Assembly (NCBI RefSeq): GCF_000012465.1
Contig: NC_007335.2
Coordinates: 1,170,001 to 1,202,000, forward strand
Reading direction: 5' to 3'
DNA from: Prochlorococcus marinus str. NATL2A
GTDB lineage: Bacteria; Cyanobacteriota; Cyanobacteriia; PCC-6307; Cyanobiaceae
DNA length: 32,000 nucleotides
Part shown: in pieces, positions 19,647-28,145 of the stretch
Layout: the number at the start of each line of letters is the position of its first letter
Numbering within the stretch: the stretch's first letter is position 1
The notes under the pieces: model-generated
What the model was told of the DNA's origin: nothing
The model's input: the letters and a program-made list of their open reading frames with translations, nothing else
Databases searched by the model: none
Program-made: the position numbers and the translations under genes

Positions 19647-19900
19647 ATATAAAGGTTTTACCAATTATAAGAACATCTGAGCATTAATAAACCTTTTAAA
19701 GTGAATAACCATATATCTGAAAGTAAATCACCTCCAACAAAATCAACAATTACAAAAACATGACATAAACGCCCCTTAAAGCCCTCCTTTAAACATCTAG
19801 TTAATCTAAAAAATAAGCAAAATCTTGATTATCTATTCCCAACATTTGCTCAATTTGGCACTTCAGTTGGTAGTTTGACGAGAACTTACAAAATTTAGGT

Positions 19901-21064
19901 GTGAATATTCAACTAGGACGCACCAAAATTGTTCGAAGAGCCTACGGGATTGATGAAATTGCATTGGTTCCGGGAAGAAGAACAGTTGACCCTGGCATCA
20001 CAAAAACCAATTGGAAAATCGGTGGGATTGAAAGGGATATTCCCATAATCGCAAGCGCGATGGATGGTGTCGTAGATGTAAACATGGCCGTAGCCCTGTC
20101 AAAATTAGGAGCCCTAGGTGTTTTAAATCTAGAAGGCGTACAAACTAGATATGAAGATCCAAAAGAAGTTCTAACTAAAATCCAATCAATTGGGAAAGAG
20201 GAATTTGTTCCCCTAATGCAAGAAATCTATAATAAGCCGATCAAAGAAAAATTAATTTTAAAAAGAATTCAAGAAATCAAAGATAGTGGGGGTATTGCTG
20301 CTGTAAGCGGGACCCCATTAGCAGCAATTAAATATAAAAATTTAGTCAAAGACTCAGGTGCAGACTTATTTTTCCTTCAGGCGACTGTAGTTTCAACAGA
20401 ACATCTAGGTAAAGAGGGTAGTCAAAATCTTGATCTTTATGATCTTTGCAAAAACATTGGCATACCGGTTGCTGTGGGTAATTGCGTTACTTATGAAGTC
20501 TCTTTAAAGCTTATGAAAGCAGGCGCTGCCGCAGTGATGGTTGGTATTGGACCTGGAGCCGCATGCACCTCCAGAGGAGTATTAGGAGTTGGAATTCCTC
20601 AAGCAACTGCTATTTCTGATTGCGCTGCTGCAAGGGATGATTTTCAAAAAGAAAGTGGGAAATATGTCCCAATTATTGCTGATGGAGGAATTATCACTGG
20701 TGGGGATATTTGCAAATGCATAGCATGTGGTGCTGATTCAGTGATGATTGGTTCCCCTATCGCAAGATCTCATGAGGCTCCAGGTAAAGGTTTTCATTGG
20801 GGTATGGCAACACCAAGTCCTGTTCTACCAAGAGGTACAAGGATTCAAGTTGGAACAACCGGTAGTTTAAAAAGTATTCTTTGTGGACCAGCAATTCTTG
20901 ATGATGGAACCCACAATTTGTTAGGAGCAATAAAAACCTCAATGGGAACTCTAGGCGCGACTAATATCAAGGAAATGCAAAATGTTGAGGTAGTTATCGC
21001 ACCTTCTTTGTTAACAGAAGGAAAGGTTTACCAAAAGGCGCAACAGCTTGGAATGGGAAAATAA
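19901..21064 (+). CDS. guaB: IMP dehydrogenase-family protein, short form without a CBS/Bateman insert
   Basis: 387 aa. Catalytic loop GIGPGAACTSRGVLGVGIPQ retains the Cys. IADGGI and GSPIA motifs are present. No ~110-aa CBS pair between the N-terminal strands and the barrel. GTG start. Confidence 0.85.
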   Translation: MNIQLGRTKIVRRAYGIDEIALVPGRRTVDPGITKTNWKIGGIERDIPIIASAMDGVVDVNMAVALSKLGALGVLNLEGVQTRYEDPKEVLTKIQSIGKEEFVPLMQEIYNKPIKEKLILKRIQEIKDSGGIAAVSGTPLAAIKYKNLVKDSGADLFFLQATVVSTEHLGKEGSQNLDLYDLCKNIGIPVAVGNCVTYEVSLKLMKAGAAAVMVGIGPGAACTSRGVLGVGIPQATAISDCAAARDDFQKESGKYVPIIADGGIITGGDICKCIACGADSVMIGSPIARSHEAPGKGFHWGMATPSPVLPRGTRIQVGTTGSLKSILCGPAILDDGTHNLLGAIKTSMGTLGATNIKEMQNVEVVIAPSLLTEGKVYQKAQQLGMGK

Positions 21065-21090
21065 AGCTACCGAAAGATTTCAGAATTAAA

Positions 21091-21105
21091 TACAATGGCT
21101 ACAAT
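21091..21105 (+). promoter_or_regulatory. Two overlapping-phase TACAAT -10-like hexamers upstream of Yfr1
   Basis: TACAAT at 21091-21096 and 21100-21105. The second lies about 6-7 nt upstream of the first Yfr1 stem. Confidence 0.4.
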
Positions 21106-21109
21106 TGAG

Positions 21110-21171
21110 TAGTGAGAGCCTTTGCTCTCACACTCCTCACACTTAAAAATGCCCGACTTGTTCGGGTTTTT
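21110..21171 (+). ncRNA. yfr1: Yfr1 small regulatory RNA
   Basis: Stem-loop 1 is GTGAGAGC-cttt-GCTCTCAC (21112-21131). The invariant single-stranded motif ACTCCTCACAC follows at 21132-21142. Stem-loop 2 is CCCGA-cttgt-TCGGG (21152-21166) plus T5. It sits in the guaB-trxA spacer. The exact 5' end is uncertain by a few nt. Confidence 0.8.
21151..21171 (+). terminator. Rho-independent terminator (3' hairpin of Yfr1, may also terminate guaB)
   Basis: 5-bp GC-rich stem CCCGA/TCGGG, 5-nt loop, followed by TTTTT and preceded by an A-run. Confidence 0.6.
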
Positions 21172-21280
21172 CCTATTAAAAGGGGCCTAATGAATATTCA
21201 AACTTCGTTTAAAAATGGCAGCAAAACTTTTTATAGGCAAAATACAATTGTTATGATCAAGTTCTTAAGACTTCTAAGGT

Positions 21281-21604
21281 ATGTCCACAGCTTCTGCAGT
21301 AACTGATTCCTCTTTCGAACAAGAAGTCCTCCAGAGCGATGTTCCTGTTTTGGTTGATTTTTGGGCACCTTGGTGCGGACCATGCAGAATGGTTGCTCCA
21401 ATTGTCGAAGAGATCTCAAAAGACTTTGAAGGCAAAATAAAAGTTTACAAATTGAATACCGATGAGAATCCTAATGTTGCTAGTCAGTATGGGATAAGAA
21501 GCATCCCAACGCTGATGATCTTTAAAGGAGGTCAGAAAGTAGATACCGTTGTGGGAGCAGTCCCTAAAGCCACCCTCTCAGGAACAATTTCCAAACATCT
21601 CTAA
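21281..21604 (+). CDS. trxA: Thioredoxin
   Basis: 107 aa with the WCGPC active site and typical thioredoxin-fold flanks ([16 protein letters not shown]). Confidence 0.95.
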   Translation: MSTASAVTDSSFEQEVLQSDVPVLVDFWAPWCGPCRMVAPIVEEISKDFEGKIKVYKLNTDENPNVASQYGIRSIPTLMIFKGGQKVDTVVGAVPKATLSGTISKHL

Positions 21605-21658
21605 TCCCAAAATTTAGAATTTCTAGAGCCCATTTCAAATGATTCATAGGTAAATCTT

Positions 21659-22288
21659 TTGACAAAAATTGGATTAATAGATTATGGAATGGGTAATCTT
21701 TTTTCCGTTCAACAAGCATTTAAAAGGTTTAATCAGCCTTTAGATATTATTTCTGATATCAAAACACTTCAGTCTTGTGATGCTTTAATTCTTCCAGGAG
21801 TTGGTGCTTTTGATCCCGCAATGATGAATTTAAGAAAAACTGAACTAGTACCTTCAATAATTGACTGGGTAAATAATGGTAAACCACTTTTTGGAATTTG
21901 TTTAGGATTACAGCTTTTATTTGAGGCTAGTGATGAAGGGACTTCAGAAGGATTAGGAGTTATCAAAGGTCATATTCGCAGATTACCTCAAGAAAAAGAC
22001 GAAAGGATTCCGCATATTGGTTGGTCTCCAATATATAAAACAAATGAATGTCCTATTCTAGAAAATTATCCTGGTTCTAATTGGATGTATTTCGTCCATT
22101 CCTACTCAGCATGTCCTTTAGAACCAAAACATACCGTAGCTGTAACAAAATTTGGTAAAACTGATGTCTCATCTATGGTCTGGCATAAAAATACTGGTGC
22201 CTGTCAGTTTCATCCCGAAAAGTCAGGAGTCGCAGGACAAAAAATTATTTTTAATTGGATTAATTGGTTAAAAAAAAACAAATTTTAG
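21659..22288 (+). CDS. hisH: Imidazole glycerol phosphate synthase, glutamine amidotransferase subunit
   Basis: Motifs IGLIDYGMGNL, LPGVGAF, FGICLGLQLL (nucleophile Cys), QFHPEKS. TTG start is forced: an in-frame TAG lies 4 codons upstream, and the next ATG falls inside the conserved N-terminus. Confidence 0.92.
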   Translation: MTKIGLIDYGMGNLFSVQQAFKRFNQPLDIISDIKTLQSCDALILPGVGAFDPAMMNLRKTELVPSIIDWVNNGKPLFGICLGLQLLFEASDEGTSEGLGVIKGHIRRLPQEKDERIPHIGWSPIYKTNECPILENYPGSNWMYFVHSYSACPLEPKHTVAVTKFGKTDVSSMVWHKNTGACQFHPEKSGVAGQKIIFNWINWLKKNKF

Positions 22289-22289
22289 T

Positions 22290-22901
22290 TTGAAAGGGAA
22301 ATTGAAATTAATGTCTGGGAAAAGGATAGAAAGTCCTTTAAGCCAAAAGACAAGACCAACCTCCTCAAAAGTAAGAGAGGCACTAATAAATATTCTTGGG
22401 AACAAGCTTAGAGGAGCAAGTTGGCTAGATCTTTGCAGTGGAAGTGGAGCAATGGCATGTGAGGCTCTGCAAAAAGGAGTAAAGAGGGTTCTTGCAATTG
22501 AAAAGCAGAGGGAAACTGCAAAAATATGCAAAAAAAACCTTATTGATGTATCAAATACTATGGATCAATCAATACATATTGAAGTCATTTGCAATGAATT
22601 GATCTCATTTCTCAAAAAAGGACCAAAAAGTCAAAAAATTCAGTTTGTTAAAAATTGCCAAAATCCTGAAAAATTTGCTGAAAAATTTGATTTTGTTTTT
22701 CTAGATCCTCCATACGAATCTGAAGTATATGAAATTACTCAAGAACTTTTATTATCTAAAGAATGGATTAAAGAATCAACTACTTTGATATGCGAATGCT
22801 CGTCAAAATCAATACCAAGAATACATAATGGGTGGAAATTAAATAAAGAGAAATTTTATGGAAGCACCTCTCTCATTTTTCTTATTCCCAATCAGGCATA
22901 G
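22290..22901 (+). CDS. rsmD: RsmD-like SAM-dependent RNA (guanine-N2) methyltransferase
   Basis: Motifs [36 protein letters not shown] (SAM binding), VFLDPPY. Start is TTG 22290 or ATG 22311. Confidence 0.72.
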
Positions 22902-23001
22902 AACTGCTCCGACGGTACTGATTCCATGCACTAACAAAAAGGCCTAATAATGTTATGGGAACTAGTCCAAGAACAATCCCACATAGCAGAGGCTCAATCA
23001 T
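22882..23001 (-). CDS. petG: Cytochrome b6-f complex subunit 5 (PetG), 39 aa; absent from the ORF track
   Basis: My reverse-strand translation from ATG at 23001 to TAA at 22884-22882 gives [39 protein letters not shown]. This is the canonical PetG pattern (MIEPLL.GIVLGL.P.TL.GLFV.A..QYRR). Confidence 0.9.
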
Positions 23002-23018
23002 TGGCTCGTACTTTTATG

Positions 23019-23046
23019 ATTAATAATCCCAATTCTTTCATGTCAA
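23019..23046 (-). promoter_or_regulatory. Candidate sigma70-type promoter for petG
   Basis: On the minus strand, TTGACA (23046-23041), 16 nt, then ATTAAT (23024-23019). This would give a very short leader before the petG ATG at 23001. Confidence 0.3.
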
Positions 23047-23056
23047 AGAGGTTTTA

Positions 23057-23446
23057 GTGAATCTTCCGTCATCAAAAGCATTAATTAAGGAGAACCAAGA
23101 AATTAGCTCTTGGAGAATATTTTTATTAACTTCTGCCACTCTAATCCTATTAATTTTTTTTTGGAGAATGGGGGATTTCAAGCAAGATCCTTTCATAACT
23201 GAAACTTTATCTATTCAAGGTGACTCTTTGTCAGGAAGTAAATTATTCAAAATCAATTGTGTCGGTTGCCATGGGATCTCAGCTCAAGGTTTTGTAGGGC
23301 CCGACCTCCATGAAGCGACTCAAGAAATGAGTGATAAAAAGATTATTAATCAAGTTATTCGAGGATTGACTCCACCAATGCCAAGTTTTGAAATCGAACC
23401 TCAATCAATGGCTGATCTGCTGGAGTATATGCATTCACTCAATTAA
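23057..23446 (+). CDS. cytM: Membrane-anchored class I c-type cytochrome (CytM-like)
   Basis: N-terminal hydrophobic anchor, haem-binding CVGCH, and a distal PPMPSF (Met ligand region). 129 aa. GTG start. Confidence 0.7.
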   Translation: MNLPSSKALIKENQEISSWRIFLLTSATLILLIFFWRMGDFKQDPFITETLSIQGDSLSGSKLFKINCVGCHGISAQGFVGPDLHEATQEMSDKKIINQVIRGLTPPMPSFEIEPQSMADLLEYMHSLN

Positions 23447-23448
23447 TA

Positions 23449-24186
23449 GTGGCTATAAATAAAACTCTAAAAGTAATACTTGTCGAGCCAGCGGGGCCAA
23501 TCAATGTTGGGAGTGTTGCAAGACTCTGTGAAAACTTTAGTGTTCATGAATTACGACTAGTTTCACCTAAATGCGATTATTTAGCTCAAGAAGCAAAAAA
23601 GATGGCTGTAAGAGGATTGAAGATCTTAGAGAAAGCAAAAGTGTATGAAGATCTAAATTCAGCACTTTCAGACTGTTCAAGAATTATTGCCACTTGCGGT
23701 AGAAAAGAACATGGAGAAATCCCTCTTAATTCAAATAAAGATGCTTTGAGCTGGGGTCTTAAATCAGAAAGAGAAGATACAATAGCTTTAGTTTTTGGAA
23801 GAGAAGACAGAGGTTTATCTAACGAGGAGCTTTTAAAAGCAAATAAAGTGATTAGTCTTAATACCAGCGAGGATTATCCATCATTAAATCTTTCACATGC
23901 AGTCGCAATTGTTCTTCATCAATTCAACCAATTGAATGATCTTGATTTATTAAAACGCCATACTAAAATAAGCTCTCCTGCTAATTTAATTAAATTAGAA
24001 GATTGTATTAATGACGCAGGTAGTCTTTTGCTTGATATTGGTTTCTTGATGAAACATACCTACAAAGCTAAAATGACGAAGATCAAACAATTACTCTTAA
24101 GAGGTGAGATAAAAGATGATGAAGTTGCACTAATTAGAGGTATAATTAGCCAAGCGAGATGGAAGATTAAAAATAAAAGTGATTAA
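23449..24186 (+). CDS. SpoU/TrmH-family (TrmJ-like) RNA 2'-O-methyltransferase
   Basis: Motifs LVEPAGPINVGSVARLC, LVFGREDRGLSNEEL, and LNLSHAVAIVLH, which is typical of the SPOUT knot. GTG start 2 nt after the cytM-like stop. Confidence 0.8.
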   Translation: MAINKTLKVILVEPAGPINVGSVARLCENFSVHELRLVSPKCDYLAQEAKKMAVRGLKILEKAKVYEDLNSALSDCSRIIATCGRKEHGEIPLNSNKDALSWGLKSEREDTIALVFGREDRGLSNEELLKANKVISLNTSEDYPSLNLSHAVAIVLHQFNQLNDLDLLKRHTKISSPANLIKLEDCINDAGSLLLDIGFLMKHTYKAKMTKIKQLLLRGEIKDDEVALIRGIISQARWKIKNKSD

Positions 24187-24239
24187 TCAAAATAACAAGC
24201 TACAATAAATAGCAAAGATATATATTCTTTAATTTTAAA

Positions 24240-25313
24240 GTGAAAAGACACCTGAAAGTAATAGCAAATATATTCCTAACAAGCATAGCCTTATCAATTT
24301 TACTTGGTAGTTTTCTAAGAATTTTTGGTCCCATTAATCAAAGCCATAGAATAAACAAAGGAATCAATATAACAAGGAAATCCAGAAGGTCAGTTAAAAA
24401 AGAATTACTAACTAGAAAATCCAATTTATTATCACTCTACAATGATAAATTAGAAAATTTTGAAAGCCTGGAAAAATTAATTAATAAATGGGAAAACCAT
24501 ATAATCAAAAACCCAGGTTTAGATGTTAGTGCTTTTTTTATATCATTAGATGACCAAGTCTATGCAGAAATAAAATCTGACATAAAGCTTTCTGCAGCAA
24601 GCAGTATTAAGGTACCTATTCTAATTATTTTACTTAGAATGCTAGAGAAAAAAGAAATAATTTGGAATGAAAAGTTGATACTTTCAGAAGATGTAATCGG
24701 TGGCGGCTCAGGCTGGATGGCATATCAAGAAATTGGTGAGATTTTCCCCGTTTATGAAGTAGCATCAGAAATGATTAGAGTTAGCGATAATACAGCAACA
24801 AATTTACTAATAAAACGTTTGGGAGGTATCAAAATAGTGAATCAAAAATTTAAAGAAATTGGGCTGAATAATACACAAATAAATAACTATCTTCCTGATC
24901 TAGATGGAACGAATCTCACATCAACGAAGGATCTATCTTTAGCAATGGCTCTTGTTGATAATGGTTATCTACTTAATGTTAGTTCGAGAGATATTTTCAG
25001 AGAAATAATGCGCAAATCAAAAACAAATACATTAATACCCTCAGGAATTTTAAGAGGTCTTGGGAAAGAATCCAAAGACATAGACTATCATCTTTCATTA
25101 AAAGGTTATCTAGTTCACAACAAAACTGGTGATATTGGAATCTCATATTCAGATACTGCTCTAATTCAAACTCCTAATAATTCAAGAGCCTTCGCAAGTT
25201 TTATAGTTGAAGGTCCATTTAATGATCCAAGATCAACTGAGTTGATAAGAAATTTGTCGGCAGAGTTAGTTCCTTTTCTAAGGCAAGATCAAAAATCAAG
25301 TAATCCAAATTAG
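24240..25313 (+). CDS. Membrane-anchored class A beta-lactamase-fold serine hydrolase
   Basis: N-terminal TM segment, then S-x-x-K (AASSIKV), SDN (RVSDNTATN) and KTG (HNKTGD) in the canonical order and spacing. Confidence 0.7.
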   Translation: MKRHLKVIANIFLTSIALSILLGSFLRIFGPINQSHRINKGINITRKSRRSVKKELLTRKSNLLSLYNDKLENFESLEKLINKWENHIIKNPGLDVSAFFISLDDQVYAEIKSDIKLSAASSIKVPILIILLRMLEKKEIIWNEKLILSEDVIGGGSGWMAYQEIGEIFPVYEVASEMIRVSDNTATNLLIKRLGGIKIVNQKFKEIGLNNTQINNYLPDLDGTNLTSTKDLSLAMALVDNGYLLNVSSRDIFREIMRKSKTNTLIPSGILRGLGKESKDIDYHLSLKGYLVHNKTGDIGISYSDTALIQTPNNSRAFASFIVEGPFNDPRSTELIRNLSAELVPFLRQDQKSSNPN

Positions 25314-25424
25314 ATTTTTTACCGACTTAAACAAACTTTTGCAATTCATTATCATTTTTTTTTTGAACTTTATCAATCTAAAGAGGCAGGTTTATGAAAC
25401 AATCTTCTTACCAGTAATAAGAAA

Positions 25425-26513
25425 GTGAGTTCAACAAGAAAACGCAGAGTTTTTCCATTCACTTCAGTGATTGGACAAGAGGAAATGAAGCTAGCGCTTC
25501 TCTTAAATGTAATTGACCCTAGAATTGGCGGAGTAATGATAATGGGTGATAGAGGCACAGGCAAGTCCACAACCATAAGAGCACTTGCAGATCTATTACC
25601 TGCAATTGAAGTCGTTGAAGGAGATCCCTACAACAGCTCTCTTGAGGATCCAGACCTTCAAAGCAATGATGTCAGAGAGAGAATAGACAGTGGTAGTGAC
25701 ATTCAAAAAGGTGAAAAACAAGTTCCGATGATTGATCTACCCTTAGGTGCCACTGAGGATAGACTTTGCGGAACTATTGATATTGAAAAGGCCCTTAGTG
25801 AGGGAGTTAGAGCTTTTGAGCCAGGACTACTAGCCAAAGCAAACAGAGGGTTGCTTTATGTTGATGAAGTCAACTTGCTAGATGATCACCTTGTTGACGT
25901 ACTTTTAGACTCTGCTGCATCAGGCTGGAATACAGTTGAACGAGAAGGTATTTCGGTTCGACATCCTGCAAGGTTTGTACTTATTGGTTCAGGAAATCCT
26001 GAGGAAGGAGAGTTAAGGCCTCAGTTACTTGATCGTTTTGGGATGAGTGTAGAGGTAAGAACAGTAAGGGAGGCAAAACTACGAGTTCAAGTTGTTGATC
26101 AACGTACAGCTTTTGATAATGATCCTGAATCTTTTAGCGATTCAGTTCAAGAGAAACAAGAATCACTTCAACAAAAGGTTGTTGATGCTCAAAATATACT
26201 TAACGAGGTTTTTATCGAGGAAGATCTCAGATTAAGGATTTCAGCAGTTTGTGGTGAACTTGATGTTGATGGACTTAGAGGAGATATCGTAACAAATAGA
26301 GCAGCTAGAGCCCTTGCTGCCTTTGAAGGGAGAAAAGAAGTAACCGAAGAAGATATTGCTCGTGTCGTGTCGACAGCTTTAAGGCATAGGCTTCGAAAAG
26401 ATCCTCTTGAACAAGTTGATTCTGGAGATAGAGTAATAAAAGCTTTTTGCAAAGTATTTGAAAGGAATGAAAGTGATGATGTATCTGAATTCGAACTAGC
26501 CACAGCTAACTAA
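25425..26513 (+). CDS. chlI: Magnesium chelatase ATPase subunit I
   Basis: Motifs [24 protein letters not shown], Walker [10 protein letters not shown], Walker [11 protein letters not shown]. 362 aa. GTG start. Confidence 0.95.
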   Translation: MSSTRKRRVFPFTSVIGQEEMKLALLLNVIDPRIGGVMIMGDRGTGKSTTIRALADLLPAIEVVEGDPYNSSLEDPDLQSNDVRERIDSGSDIQKGEKQVPMIDLPLGATEDRLCGTIDIEKALSEGVRAFEPGLLAKANRGLLYVDEVNLLDDHLVDVLLDSAASGWNTVEREGISVRHPARFVLIGSGNPEEGELRPQLLDRFGMSVEVRTVREAKLRVQVVDQRTAFDNDPESFSDSVQEKQESLQQKVVDAQNILNEVFIEEDLRLRISAVCGELDVDGLRGDIVTNRAARALAAFEGRKEVTEEDIARVVSTALRHRLRKDPLEQVDSGDRVIKAFCKVFERNESDDVSEFELATAN

Positions 26514-26978
26514 GTGAGAATAATAGGAATTGATCCAGGGTTAGCAAGGGTAGGTTACGGAATTATTGATGAAATAGAAGGGAAAAAAATAATGATTGAT
26601 TGCGGAATTATAGAGACAAAATCAACACAAAAAGAAGAAGAAAGACTTGTAGAAATTTCAAATGATTTAAGCTCGATAATAAAAAAATGGAATCCTAATT
26701 CTGCAGCGGTAGAAAAGTTTTTTTTCTACCGCTCTAGCACAACGATTAGTGTTGTTCAGGCTCGCGGAGTGATAATGATGACTTTAGGAAAGTACAAGCT
26801 TCCGATTCAAGAATTCCCCCCAATGCAAATCAAACTTGCTGTTACTGGTTATGGTCATTCCGACAAGAATGATGTTTTAAATTCTGTTATGCATGAACTC
26901 AATGTCACTTCACCGCCAAAGCCAGATGATGCCGCAGATGCTCTAGCAATAGCACTTACGGGAATTTATCTTAAATAA
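26514..26978 (+). CDS. ruvC: Holliday junction resolvase RuvC
   Basis: [17 protein letters not shown]-terminus with the catalytic Asp, and a C-terminal [14 protein letters not shown] start immediately abuts the chlI TAA. Confidence 0.92.
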   Translation: MRIIGIDPGLARVGYGIIDEIEGKKIMIDCGIIETKSTQKEEERLVEISNDLSSIIKKWNPNSAAVEKFFFYRSSTTISVVQARGVIMMTLGKYKLPIQEFPPMQIKLAVTGYGHSDKNDVLNSVMHELNVTSPPKPDDAADALAIALTGIYLK

Positions 26979-27006
26979 ATTAATCTGTAATTAACATATA
27001 CTATTT

Positions 27007-27603
27007 ATGAAAAATTTTTATGATGATATTAAATCAACAAAAAAGAGTTTAAGAAATGAATATAATTTAATCCGTAATTCAAATTCATCTGTAGTATATG
27101 AGAAAGTAAAATTAAATGTTAAATCAGCATTAAAAATACTTTTAAATAAATATCATGTTGAAGGAAAATATATAGGAATTTATTGGCCATTAAAAGGTGA
27201 AGTGGATATAAGATTTATTAAAGAAATTAATAGTCTAAAAGTTGCTTTACCTTCTAGTTCTAAAAGCAAAGGGATAAGCTATCATCATTGGTCAAACAAT
27301 CAACTGGAAATAGATTCAAACAGTATTCCTGCACCAACGAGAAAAGATGCCATTAACCCTAATGATATTTCTATCCTATTTGTTCCCGCAATAGCGATAG
27401 ATCAAGAAGGTTACAGATTAGGTTATGGGGGAGGATACTTTGATCGTCTTCGACAAAAAGATTTGTGGTTTTCAATACCATCATTTCTAGTTATCAGTAA
27501 TAATTGCATATCTAAAAAACCATTACCTCGAGAAAAATGGGACATGCCATTTAATGGTTGGATTAGTGAAAAAGGTCTACATCAAATTGAAGCAACTAAT
27601 TAA
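27007..27603 (+). CDS. 5-formyltetrahydrofolate cyclo-ligase
   Basis: 198 aa with the family signature GYRLGYGGGYFDR and VPAIAIDQEG. Confidence 0.8.
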   Translation: MKNFYDDIKSTKKSLRNEYNLIRNSNSSVVYEKVKLNVKSALKILLNKYHVEGKYIGIYWPLKGEVDIRFIKEINSLKVALPSSSKSKGISYHHWSNNQLEIDSNSIPAPTRKDAINPNDISILFVPAIAIDQEGYRLGYGGGYFDRLRQKDLWFSIPSFLVISNNCISKKPLPREKWDMPFNGWISEKGLHQIEATN

Positions 27604-27645
27604 TTAGTTAAGCTTTAGGATAAGTAAATTGCTTGATCTAAAGAG

Positions 27646-28110
27646 GTGACTGAAATCAAAGAAAAATCTTTCATCAATACTTATGGGAGTGATTCATTAG
27701 ACAATCTTATAGAGCGTCTACAATCGACTTCAGATTCCAAAAGACGTTACGAATATATTTTATGGCTAGGAAAAAGTTTGCCATTGCTAGATGAAGATCT
27801 TCACCTGGTAACCACTCAAGTAAAAGGATGTATTTCAGAAGTATATGTTCTTGGAATTCTTTTGAATGGAAAAATCCATTGGAAAGGATATTCAGACGCC
27901 CTTATAACTAAAGGGTTGCTAGCTTTTCTAATAAAAGGTCTGAATGATCTAACACCTTTTGAAGTACTCTCTATAGATGAGAAATTTATTGAGATGACAG
28001 GATTAAGTAAAAGCTTAACGCCATCAAGAGCAAACGGTTTTCTTAACATATTCCTAAAGATGAAAGAGCAAGCCAAAAACCTCTCAATACCTAGCTCTGA
28101 CAATGAATAA
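27646..28110 (+). CDS. sufE: SufE-like cysteine desulfuration (sulfur acceptor) protein
   Basis: Motifs RYEYILWLGK and VKGCISEVYV (persulfide-acceptor Cys), plus LSPSRANGFLNI-like C-terminal region. GTG start with AGAGG upstream. Confidence 0.85.
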   Translation: MTEIKEKSFINTYGSDSLDNLIERLQSTSDSKRRYEYILWLGKSLPLLDEDLHLVTTQVKGCISEVYVLGILLNGKIHWKGYSDALITKGLLAFLIKGLNDLTPFEVLSIDEKFIEMTGLSKSLTPSRANGFLNIFLKMKEQAKNLSIPSSDNE

Positions 28111-28145
28111 ATAAGATTCAAACGAAATTATCGCTCTATAAGAAC

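Noticed and set aside
19647-19664. TTG start for gyrA proposed by the ORF track
   Set aside because: ATG at 19646 (MADPLGPN...) is the more conventional start and the upstream 6 codons are not needed. This is uncertain.
19727-19735. ATCACCTCC, identical to the anti-Shine-Dalgarno 3' end of 16S rRNA, in the gyrA-guaB spacer
   Set aside because: This is an isolated 9-mer with no surrounding rRNA-like sequence or structure. It is most likely chance, or simply the complement of a GGAGGTGAT purine run. No ORF follows it on the minus strand.
21112-21306. 64-aa plus-strand ORF (MRAFALTLLTLKNARLVRVF...) listed in the track
   Set aside because: Its GTG lies inside the first Yfr1 hairpin. It reads through the Yfr1 motif and terminator hairpin and runs out of frame into trxA. 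The RNA structure and invariant ACTCCTCACAC motif explain this DNA better than a peptide.
26189-26503. 104-aa minus-strand ORF inside chlI
   Set aside because: This is an antisense shadow ORF of a highly conserved gene. Its translation is dominated by Ser and it has no recognisable domain.
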